Shown here one piece after another: positions 11,516-23,975 of a stretch of 64,000 bases of DNA. The translations under genes were made by a program, and so were the position numbers. Below the pieces are notes generated by a model that made no database searches, was not told the DNA's origin, and was given only the letters and a program-made list of their open reading frames with translations. The DNA comes from Trichoplax sp. H2 (Eukaryota). Within the stretch, counting starts at the first letter, position 1. The number at the start of each line of letters is the position of its first letter. The stretch lies in the NCBI GenBank assembly GCA_003344405.1, contig NOWV01000001.1, positions 744,001 to 808,000 on the forward strand, given 5' to 3'.

Positions 11516-14500
11516 TTAGCTGCTACCACAACAGCCACGTTTCTGATTACTATTAGGGCGGGAATGATTTTGAATAGAGATTGTTTCACTTGCTTGTGAT
11601 CGTTTTCCTGGCATCTAAAATAATAATATCCAAATAGATAATTAGTTATCAGAAATTACACACCGTGTACGATTATATCACTGATGTAAAATATTAATGT
11701 ATGGGTATACGCGTACTTTATTTAATATGTCATTGGCCAGTCCAAGAAATGCCTGGATGAAAAAAGATGAAAATACTTCGTAAATTCTTGCAATTGAAAT
11801 AGAATTAATGAAAGTATAGATATACGCAAACATTGCAAGCATGCAATTGCTAGATAACCTGATACTTACCGCATCGATATTAATATTTGTTTTGGCACTT
11901 GTTTCCATAAATCGGATACTATGTATCCTGGCCAACTTAAAAATGAAAAACATTATCAGCATTAGAAATATCAATATCACTAAATATCGAAGCTGCCTTT
12001 TGGCGAATATAAGAGATTGATACCTCTTCTGCTTCAGATTTCAATACTTCTCGCTTATCTGCTTCATCAACTTTATTTCCTAAAATTATCTTTTCTACGT
12101 CTTTACTAGCATGCTGGGTGATAAAATTTTAAATATCAAATTGTAGTAGATTCTGAACGTTTTATAATTGATTATCACTTTAATAGTAATACCCATCGTC
12201 ATACAATTAGTTGCTATCGGCAACATTATAAATAATTGATACATATTGTGATATCCTGGTTATTTTGAAGTTAATTACTCCATACCTCATCGATATTGCG
12301 AATCCATTTATTGATATTTTCAAATGATTTTCTCTGTGTTAAATCATATACCAGCATAATTCCCTGCACATTTATAATAGTTCACATTTATTATGGCGAT
12401 ATTCAGGTAGATAAGCAGTGATTCGCTATAACAGTTTACTTATTTATTATCCGAGAGTGAACTTACGTATCTTTCAAATTATTTATTTATCAAATAGCTA
12501 TTTTACGTGATCTTAAACAGAAAATGTAGTTTATAGCATTTGATGATATGATACTATCAACTAGACTATTATATCTAGTCCACCTATTATATAGTTGTAG
12601 GCATATAATTTTGTCATTTGCAATTGTGGTATTACCGCAACGCTTAATTAATATCTATAACTGGGTATTTCTATCAGAAGAATTATACTTTCAGCTATAC
12701 TTTTATGTACTAGCTTTACTGTTATTATCACCGAGGATAGAAGAAATTATAAATTGACATTTTAAATATTATCACCAGCCATACACTAAAATTAAATTGT
12801 AAAAGTACGACTATATAGAGTTTTAAATCTTTGGCAATAGTTACCTTTGCAAGAGCTATTACTAATCATAAGTGCTGATTCAATACTAAAAGATGAAATG
12901 TCGTATAAGAACTAGGTTTTTGACGAATTTAGAGATTGGCATGTAAAGTAATAAACTCCAGTAGTATCAATAAAAGGAAATAGCTATAAGTTGGCACCTG
13001 GGTTTTATTAAGGTATTAGCATCATAAAGGATACTTATGATGCGCAAGTTGTAAGGAGATTAAATATTAAAATTTAAAGTATCTAGTGAATAGATGCAGC
13101 AATTTATGGGCTAGTAAAGTTTTAAAGTAGCAATAAAGAACCCCACCTATGAATTTTTAAACCTATAGCATGTTTCAAGAAGTTCGACAGTCTTTAAAGC
13201 TAAAAATTAGAATCTACCGCCGACTTACCATTGCACCCCTGTAATAGGATGTAGTAATCGTATGAAATCTCTCCTGACCAGCTGTATCCCTAAAAATAGA
13301 CGAAATAATGAAATGTAGAGAAGATTTGTAGTTTTAAAACAAATATTATTTCATTTATAGCTGGTATTTTTTCATAAAAACTATATCAAACAATAAAATT
13401 ATTACAGTATTATCAGTACGTATCTCGGACATATAAACTAAAGATAGAGTTGATTTCCAACCTATGCAGAGTATACTCTTAACTATAAAAAGATATAATT
13501 CTATATAGGCATTAAAATTATCAATTCATGATATGCCTAAATGCAATAACTTAATAATTATCCAATCTTACCATATTTGTAATTTAATCTTTTTTCCTTG
13601 CAGTTCAATCGTTTTGATTTTAAAATCAATTCCTATTGTAATGATCATTATTTAATCCGGCATTAGTATTCACATTTACGGTAAATAAATTTCTAGAAAT
13701 TGCGAACTTCTAAAGCGATTGTCAAAATCTTTAAAGAATGAGAATCTTTTCTGTTTATTTCGATATGAACATTCTAGCCGTTCACTTACAATTTCGAATA
13801 AGTAAAATATTGACTATTCTAAGACTGCCTAAGTATTAGCTACTATAGTAGCTAGCATAGTTGTAATAGTTGTCGTATCTAATATGATCTGATATACTAT
13901 AGTTGGATGTCTTAATTAATAACAAGAAATTATAAGTTTTTAACGTATGCGGACGCTTTAGAAAATTGGCGATATGACAGTAAAGATCATTACACTTAAT
14001 CAATATCCACATCAACGTAAAATACAAATGTGGCTTGATTTAACATATTTGGAGTTATAAAATGTATCAGTTTTCGTGAATGTAACTATCATATATTGAT
14101 TGTGAAAATAGCTACTAGATAGAGAAATAAGTCCTGTGAATAAAAAACTGATCAAGGTCACGTCCGATGGAAATTTTATGGCAAGTAAGATCGGGAACCG
14201 ATTACTGTACTAAATTTATCTTATAAGCGGATTTAATAGCAGTCAACTATATTTGCTTTAGGTATGGAAATAGAATTTGCGATCAAGTTCTAAGAATTGA
14301 ATTCTCTTATCGCGAACCGTATGGGGAACTGAATGCTAAAAAATTTTCGTCTAAGTAGCTTGATGATCAACGAGGGGTTTTTCATCAATTGTAAAGTAAT
14401 ATTAAAGATCGATTAATCACCAGGCCGAAATTTCTTATTGTGAGTTGTGTCCTTACTAATTTTTTTCCTTATAACCAGACGATTACCTGGACACTTCGTA

Positions 14501-15670
14501 TACGTTACGGCGATAACTGTTGTAATATATTGCTCTGTAGATATCTTAACCACAAGGTTAATTTAGCACAATCCCACTAATTCTACTGAAATGACCACAT
14601 GTCAATGCTTCGTGTAACGGTTATATCAAACTAATCCTCCTCCTGTAAATAGATTGGCAATATATTGCTAAAGAAATTAGAGATAGCTAAGACTATAAGT
14701 TAATCAATCTATGATTTCTTGAGGTATCGTGCAAGAACAGCAAAACAACTAATCTGTTAGGGGCCTTGTAATGTTACAACTTTTTCCTCCGCTAGAAATT
14801 TAATCTTCTAGGTGCATATTGTATCTCCGTATTGCATGTATTACTAACTCTTGATGTTATAATTTAAAGTAAATTATAAAGATATATGAATATTTGCAAT
14901 AGCTTAAACATGGACAAGAAATTCCTATTTGCTCTAGGAATTCATGCAATAAATCTATAAAACGTATTTTCATTAAACACTTTCCTACGCGAAGGATGAT
15001 GATTGCAAAAGGTCCTTTTTGATCAGATAAAATTTGAACTAGCAATTGCCTAAATATATGAACTCAAAATTAGCATCTACTTTATAGTCTTTATTAATCG
15101 ATAGAAGGAGAAGCCCTATGGTTATCTAACATGCAATTGAACGAAATAAAATTTTACTAAAACAGAGTAAAAGATTTGTAGAGCATCGATTAATTCCTTG
15201 TTTGGTTTGACACTTTGTTTAAGTAATATACGGAGTTGATCAGCTGAAGCTTAAAATAGATGATAAAAAGACGAAATCGATAATCAATATCGGTCAAATT
15301 TTAATTAGTCAGGCATAAATCCTGGATATTCAGCTAGAAGCACTGAGAAGATATGTCAGTTTGCATCAGAAATAGAATAAGAGGGATAAATTTGATATAT
15401 ATGGATTCAAGGAAGATATAGCGGGAGGTTAAGAAGTAGAATTCAGCTAGAAAGGTAGAGAGGTCTCCAAGCGAACACAAAAAGGGTGAAATTCAATATT
15501 AGTACATCATGGTTATTATAACATATGGTAGTGCTAGGCTTACCTATAGTGGATATAAATGTGGTATTGAATGCATCATCAGAAAATCGAAACAGGATGC
15601 ATGTTTTACCAACACCGCTATCACCAATCAATAATATTTTAAATAGGAGATCGTAAGTTTTTTTCGACAT
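11516..15670 (-). CDS. RAB10: Rab10 small GTPase, 205 aa, 8 coding exons
   Basis: Exons on minus: 15670-15544, 13632-13572, 13289-13229, 12363-12286, 12113-12024, 11935-11870, 11752-11717, 11614-11516 (618 nt). Motifs [43 protein letters not shown] (Rab10-type), NKVD, ETSAK and C-terminal CCGSS prenylation signal. Confidence 0.96.
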
Positions 15671-16484
15671 GGTTGAGTAATCCTATCTGTTCCTACGGCT
15701 AGATTTTCAATTCCTTGGTAAATATGAAGATAGTTCTTTCTAACTATGACGTTCACAAGGTTAACTTGAACTTTTAAGAGATAGTGGCAAGAAGGGTTAT
15801 ATAAGCAGCTTCTTTTTTCTTTTAGCGTTGTTACAGCCCACAAAACTTGTATATACTTGACGAGTAATAGCCCAACTCTGTCCTACCAATATAGTCAGTA
15901 CTCCCCTACTCGATATCGGTTAGCCGAACTTTCGGAATGGAAAAGCATAGTCTTTTCAAGTAATCGTCCTATACTAGACCCAGCATAAACAGATAGATAT
16001 TTTCTATATATAAAGATACCTACATCGACGGCAATCTATTTGTAAGTAACCAGTAAAAACCGTTACTATATCGTCTTGCGCGTTAGTATATTCAGCTAAA
16101 TTTCACCATATGGTTATTAATTTTCTCGTTCATGACGTATGAAGCAGCTTCGTCATTTTTTCTTCTAATTGAATTCAAAAGGTTTTATAAGGAATACAAT
16201 GAGCCATACTATCAATATCACTCTTATTAATTCGTTACAAGAAAGCAACCAAATTTCTGTAAGTACACTACGTTCTCATTTCATGTTAAGATCTTTACCT
16301 GAAAGAGGGATGAAAAAATCCATGTGGCATTAGTAATGATATTAAAATTTAAATGCATTTTATTTCAGTCTATTGCTAGACTTATTCTTTTGTAATTATC
16401 ATCGATCGGCAGAAACTCATGTGCTACCTGTATTGACTATAATCCTGTCAAGTAATAATTAATTGGGTAACATAGCTTACAGTA

Positions 16485-17020
16485 AAGTATGACTAGTTTT
16501 TTCTTATTGTATACAGCAAAGAGCAAGTACATCTTTATACCTAGGTCTAAAATCGAATTGTCCAATACGATAACGAAATTGTAATTTCTATATAATACTT
16601 CCGGCTAATAGTAAAAATTGATGCAACTTTTATAGAATTTTCTGCCATGATATATGCAAAGTATGCAGCAGTATGATTAGTTTCTTGCTATTGTATAACA
16701 AGTAAGTATGTCTCTCTACGTAGGCCTAAAATCGAATGATCTGACACGATGACAAAGTTGCAATATCTACGCAATGCTACTGTTTTATAGTAAATTGATG
16801 CAACTTTTATAGAATTTTCTGTCATGATCTATGCAAAGTATAAAGTAGTATGACCGAACTCTTTATTATTGTATAAAAAAGTAAGTACGTGTTTATACCT
16901 AAGTCTAAAATCAAATGGTTCGACATGATAACAAAATTGCAATATTTATGGAATGCTACTGGTTAATAATAAAATTGATGCAACTCTCATTGGAATTTTT
17001 GCCATGATATAGGCTAGTAT
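16485..17020. repeat. Three diverged tandem copies of a ~178-180 bp unit upstream of Rab10
   Basis: ATTGATGCAACT recurs at 16617, 16794 and 16974; CTAAAATC and CATGAT blocks recur in register. Confidence 0.9.
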
Positions 17021-20000
17021 TTATAATAACGTGATTCAAGAATATCATGACAAGAACTTTGGTTTCTTATTAACTTCATTTTAATACAAGAATTAGATCT
17101 ACTGGTAAGAGCTCTCTGCGCCTATATTTGAGTGAAGATATTTCAAATTGCATATTGTTGGCATCTTCGGCAATGAGACACTTTAACAATCTTATAATCT
17201 ATCCTATAGGCATAATCTATTTCGGAGCTACTTTATACCTTACCTTCTCGACAACAACTTTACTCCTATGAAAGTGCTTTATTATTCGCATTAACATACA
17301 GATTATTGCCGACATAAAGTCGTATTTTCAATATTGCTCTCCAGTCTGTATTCCAGTATCTACGACAATAGATATTTGATTCGTTCTCATATGTATAGTT
17401 TTAATTAAGTCTCCTATGATTACTTTAAAATAAGGCTACCTTCAATTAAAAGATATTCTTCTATACGGCTATCCAAAATATACCAAGTCTGATTAGATCG
17501 TAAATATACTAATAGCTTCATCATATTTCAAAACATTTTCAAATTAAGTACACTGTAGCTAAAGCTGGTAAATACCAACATCTCATATCGTTAAATCAAT
17601 GTTTATCTAGAAAACTCTAGAGTGACATTTATAGATGAAAAACTAATACAAGTATCATTAGATCAATGATTTCGTTTAAACATATATGAAGTAATTTTAA
17701 CCATTTTTCCGTAAAGATATTGTAAAATCGAGAGCTCTGTGATTCATTATATACTCGTACATTATTTACGGTTCCTTCGCTAAAAGTTCTGTAACATTCT
17801 TTATGCGGAGTATCCAATTGTTCGTGAGATATAATAGCGCCAATAATTAATCTCATAAATTATTTCTGATCGGCTAATTGTACAGCAAATGAGTTCTTGA
17901 TTCATTTAAAACTTGACGAATCTCCAATTCTTTATCCTACTGGTATTGTAAATTTATATCATAAATGATATTTCGTCTTATATATAGAAAGTGATTATCA
18001 TCGAAATTTGATACCTATACCACTCTGGATTATTCCTTAACAAAAACGGCAATATGACGAGAGTTTTTTGTCACAAACTTAACTTCTATACTAGTTGAAA
18101 TAAATTATATTTACTTAAAGATATTATGTATTCTTACCTAACTATGTCAACTTTTTATTGCCATGGTTACTAATTGAGATATTAAAATCACTCAACTCTT
18201 CGTCCATTCTTTCTCATAAGTAATTTTCTAAAGCAATGATACCAATAAATGAACATATTTTATTTTGTAGACACAATGATATCAGGACCATTTTGCTTAC
18301 ACATACACTGATTACACATATATTATAGTATCTGTCCTTGAAGTTATTTGTTTTAATATTAATGACATTCTAAATACCTTCCTAATTATTGTCGATAATC
18401 ATCACGCTGATATTTAACAAGCGTTATAAAAATATTTAATGATTTATTTCTTAATGATTGCGGATATATTTCTAAAACTATCGTTTCCAGTAATGTATTT
18501 TATATGCAAGTATGAATCATATATTTAAAATTCTAAATACTGGCTCAGCTACTGTCAACATTGCCGTAGCACCATTTTGGTAGTAAGAAAACGAGAAATA
18601 CTAAATATAATTTCTGTAGTTATTCTTATTATGCGCTATTAACTATAGGATGCGATAAACGGTTCCTATAAATCGTATTCACTTTTAGTAAAGTATTTTA
18701 GATAAATGCACCCTTAATATAACACCATTGATCTATTTTTATCAGTTAAAAGATTTATTTATTGACTCGTTTTTTAAGACATACTTATTACTACGCATCA
18801 GCGAAATCTATTTCACACATTTAACCCTACTTGATTTTAAGAGAAATAATTTAGGCTACACTCTTAGCATCGATTTATTTCATAAGTTGAAATATTTACT
18901 TGTAATAATTATTAAGAATACACTCCTGACTAGCTAGTATCGCAATACGTACCATAAATAATGTATGCAATAACCGTTATCAGCATCAATGCATTTCTCT
19001 GGTTCAAATATTTAGTAAATGATTGTTCGTGACATAATATTCACTACGAATCGTCGTGGTCCATTTTTATATATAAGCCATGTTCGGTTTCAAGCACAGC
19101 TATTTGAATCCTACCTTTGCCCTAATACAGCAGTATCATTCTATTATTTTGCATTATTAGTTGAAATACTCATTGAAGATTGCAACGAAGGCAGTATCCT
19201 TAAAAAACTGATTTAACAGGAAAATTAAAATTTATTTCAATCTTTACAATATAGATTTTAAGGGAAATATTATTAAAATATTAATCTTCTTCATCCTTAT
19301 TGTAATTTCCGAGCCTAATTTAAATTACATAACATAGATAAAATCATAACAGAACGTAAACGTAAAGACAGATATGCGTATAATTTGAAATTATACAAAA
19401 TTTTACCATATTTTACCATTAGTTTTTCTTTAACACGTACCAAAAGATATAAATATTGAATCGCTTTGTAGTTGATTAGATATAATTAGCCTATCATAGT
19501 TAGTTTCAACTTGATCACTGTTATGTAATGAAAACGATTAACGTGATTAAGGTCAATCAAACCTCGATCAATTTCACGTCAGTTATTATTTATGTGAATC
19601 TATATCGTATGTTGTAATGCACACATCTATTTATTCTGCATTGTTCAAAGTTTACGGATGAATAATTATATAATTATAAGATTATATTTAAATTTTTTCT
19701 AAACTGAGACACAATATACATTACAATTATAACGTCATAATTTTGAACTATTTCTGATCATGCGGTTATTCATCATGAGTGTGTTTGTTTAATAAGAATA
19801 GTTTTTATTAGCTGTACAATATCATAGTCGCATCATCAGAAAACCTTGGTACCTTTCATAAAAATGACACCATTGAATTGTAATAGTTCCAAGTATTAAT
19901 ATAGATGCTATGGCTGGCATTCTGATACATATTTATTCCTGATAAAGAATAGGTTATATGTTTAAAGCTCAGGCTATATGTTTAATGAAAAATATATGTT

Positions 20001-21368
20001 GCTACCTCTTATTATCGTTGTATTTATCATTAATTTAATACCATCGTCAAGAAATCTTTATTTTACGTTCTCCAGTACAGTGATCAACGTAATATTTTTT
20101 CATGCATTAAATTTCGATCAGGTCTGAACTCAACCTATATTATTAAAATAGAACTAGATAAAAATAAATTTACGTCTTCTATAAAAAAATGATATCTTAA
20201 TAGCTGATCATTTAATTTAGTGTAGATATAAATATTTAAGATTTAAGCTATAAGATATAATTAATCTGAGCACAGTAGTATTATAAATGGCTTGTATCTT
20301 ACTTAGAAATAGATACATTCGATATTTCGATAATTTGTTTGTTGGAAGACGATAGAATATTATAATTTCTAATTAGCTGCTTAGCTACGATAATAACTAA
20401 TGATACCTTAATGTTGACGACTTCTATACAATTCATCAGTTATTATGGTAAGGCCTTGCTTAAATGGAAAGCAGCTAGAAACTGATCTATATCCTTCTGC
20501 TGCAATCTCTTATATGTAATAGTCTAGATTTCTTTTAATAAAGAATATAAAATTTCTAGCTATTTCTCTACAGAATAATCTAAAAAAAGTGGGGATATTA
20601 CTCATCAAACATTGTCATGCTTATCTAGTTTAGAAGAAAATAGCTTGAAAATAGCGCGATATCATTTAGTTACAACATCTCCCACGAATGTAGTCAGTTT
20701 TACCATAAAGAGGAATAAGTGATACGTATCTCCTAATTTTCGTGACTTTCTATGTAATTTACAATACTTAGTAATCTATGCTATGAAATATTGCTATCTT
20801 GTCTAGGTAAAAGGAAAGCAGAAAGATAAGGATTGATCTGATCTTTATGCTTCAGTGCCAATTATGCTGCAGTCAAATTTACTACAATTAGGAAATGAAT
20901 AATACTCTAAGCCAAGCTAGAGCACTAAACTGGCTAATTGATATTCATAATCAATTTATTGAATGGTCGTAATTTTATCTTGATCATCTCGATCATTTTG
21001 TATGTCCCCATAGTTGGGTTCTAGGTTTGATCATTTTATACAGAATTTATAAAATTAATGATTGCTATATGCAAAATTAACTAATTCTAAAATCTAAAAT
21101 AATTTTACATGTATACATGTAAATATCCCGATTTGCAGAATGATAATAACATAGTAAGGGAAATGGGAAACGGGTAAAACGAGAATCTGTTAAGGTGTGA
21201 ATTAAAACAAGCAAACTATGGGCTTACCAATCATTACCATCAATTGTTACTACTGCACTACTATGATGATCCAATATTCAGTCTAAGGTAAAATAGTGAA
21301 TTATTATGACCGTTACTATCAAGTTACGATTAGCACCATTTATAAGCAACCTTGCCACCTTCATTGCA

Positions 21369-21447
21369 TACAAACAAAATCCACGTTGCTAAGCAACTGC
21401 ATAAACCAGTGCATTGTGGGATGGAATAGGCAATGTTGATTGGCAAC
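21369..21447 (+). promoter_or_regulatory. Candidate promoter of the MAK/CILK1-like gene: two RFX X-box-like sites, ZNF143/Staf-like site, forkhead-like site, CCAAT
   Basis: GTTGCTAAGCAAC (21385-21397), GTTGATTGGCAAC (21435-21447, includes ATTGG), GTGCATTGTGGGAT (21409-21422; reverse ATCCCACAATGCAC), TACAAACAAA (21369-21378). Donor-like sites follow at ~21595 and ~21757, and an acceptor CTTACAG sits just before the ATG at 23976. Confidence 0.5.
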
Positions 21448-23975
21448 TAGCCGAAGTGATGATTGCGCCATTTAGCATTATAGAAAGGCCTTGATTCCAA
21501 CCTCTGGTTGGGTAGTTGTAGTTAGATAAAAGACTTGATCTAAACTATATGATCAAATTGATTAACCTTCCTTAGTATCGACGGGTTGTTCAAGGTAGGC
21601 AATTTGACTCAAGTTTACTGTTATCGATAGTGTAGAGGCAAAAAGAACGGAAAAATAACGCTAAATTGATAGAATTGAATTATAAAATCAAAATATCCAA
21701 CTTTAAAAGTTGTTCTTCCGTTATTTCCCAAATAATTGTATTAATTTCGTCGCAAGGTAAGATATGGAATAGATGTTTGATCCTCTAACCGAAATTTTTC
21801 AAGCGATCTATCGTAATTTATATCGAAAGTTCTACATTGATTTTAAGAACAAAATATATTCAACTTCTAAAGTTTTATCGATCCTATTTCTATATTATTC
21901 ACATCAATACCCCCAACAAGAGAAGATAGAACTTATATATTTGAACATTCAGTAAAAATTTTCAACTTATTTCTCACTATCCATTTTGAAAATCCTAGTT
22001 GAATATTTATTTCATCTCCTATATGTAGTAAATTACAACTTACATAGAAAATTCTACTTGTGATTCGATTTTTAACATGAAGATATCTTTTAAAAAGAGT
22101 ATTTTTTATAGTACTCCTGAGTTAATCACTTCGATCGCGTAGCAAGACTAAATATAGTATTATTACCGTCCTACTTCAATCTTCGAATTGAAATTTTTTC
22201 AACTAATCTGTCGCGACGGATGCCAAAAATCTTACTAGAGTGCTCTATTTGATCATCTCTATGATGTTGCTCATATTGATTTGATTAGATGGCTAACATA
22301 TCAGTCAAGGCTGTATTTTATAATAACCAACACAATGTAATGATCTTCTCACCTATCTATCTAAAGCAACGACAGCTCGCTATCATTTTCGTTATTTTGT
22401 TTTTCTGCGCACGATAGATACTTTCCCTTCTAGAAATCTTAAAGGCTATTTATTATACCTATGATAAATGTCTGCTAAATTTCGATATCAATTTGCCTTT
22501 GTAGTGTAGTTGCTTTTGGTATTTCCTTTCGAAAGTTGGAATATAGATAGATAGGGCTACGAAATTTTACTTTTAATTTCATCAGTTTTTCATGGTGATA
22601 AATTTTCCTAAGTTTGATTTCTAGGTATAAAGATCGAGATTTATCTACATTAATAACGTATTTGTTAACCGTATGCTAACCATGCTGTGAACGAAACGAT
22701 TCAATTTAATCTACTAGACTTTCTGTTCCTATTTTACGATCATTACGGATCATCTAGATGAAAAATTTTTATTTTACAGTCATCATTACCGACCGTTCTT
22801 ATTATAACTCGTCTTCATGAAGATCAATTAATTTTACTATATCTTGAGGGTGTAGTGACGGTTAACTTTGATCACAATTTTAAACCTACGCTACGGAAAT
22901 AACTAAGTACTGGTACTACCAACATTTTTGCTTTTAAATGGTTAATATTACCGATATCTTACCTGTCCTCATGTAAACTAAATTCAAATTGATGTCTTTG
23001 TTATAAGTTGACTGAAAATAGAATACTTTTGCTCATTTTTAATTAGTAATGTGATCGTAAGGTACTACCGTGTTTTCAATTGACATTATCGAGATAGTCA
23101 TTGTAATTGATTTAAAGGTTAATACGGCTATTGCAAAGATAACTATTGGAATGATGACATAATTTCCTACGCAGTAAATCAACGATATCTACCCTTGCTC
23201 CCCTCTTGATAGCTATGATCTTAATCTTAGTAGTTACAAATTGACAAATCCGACATTGAATGTAATCATAGAATGCTATGATCACTTCTAAATCGGTAGA
23301 AATAGAATCGATTGCGTAAAAAGATAGCCTCAATGAATTATCTAGGCGGCTTTCCTTTTTTACTATGGTATAAGTGTAGATTATTTTTGGGCACTTGATT
23401 ATATTGTAGCTTATGGAGATGAAGAACATCATGATTCTTATTTAATTTAAGATCCACTAGGCACCAATAAAATAATGCAAGAAATACATATTTGATATCG
23501 CATTGTCAATTTACTCAATTAATATTAAAATTAATTTTATGATTCATACTGTAATAATAATTACGATCAACAATAAACTAAGCATTAATAGCTTGTCAGA
23601 TCTGTTTAGTAGTATTCTCAATGGAATTCGCTCTTTAACCGTGATATTCTTTCTTTCGCTCTCCTAATGATAGATTTTGATAGAAAATAGTCATCTTTTA
23701 GCTTCTACCTATGAACTAGCTAAAAAATAGGACATTACTGGAACAGATTGATAAAGTAAAAGCTCTATGGTGGGTTAAAGAGAATCAAGTGAAGATTGGA
23801 AAGTAAATAGTGAAAAAATTGTAACCTTTACTTTTCCTGGATTCAGTCAAGGACTCGCCCTAATATTATTACTATTTTATACTTGTAGATATTCAGATAG
23901 TATACAAATTATTGTGGTTATTCGTTGATTTGGAATTTGGGTTGCGGTAATTGGATTATCCTTACAGTCCTCAGC

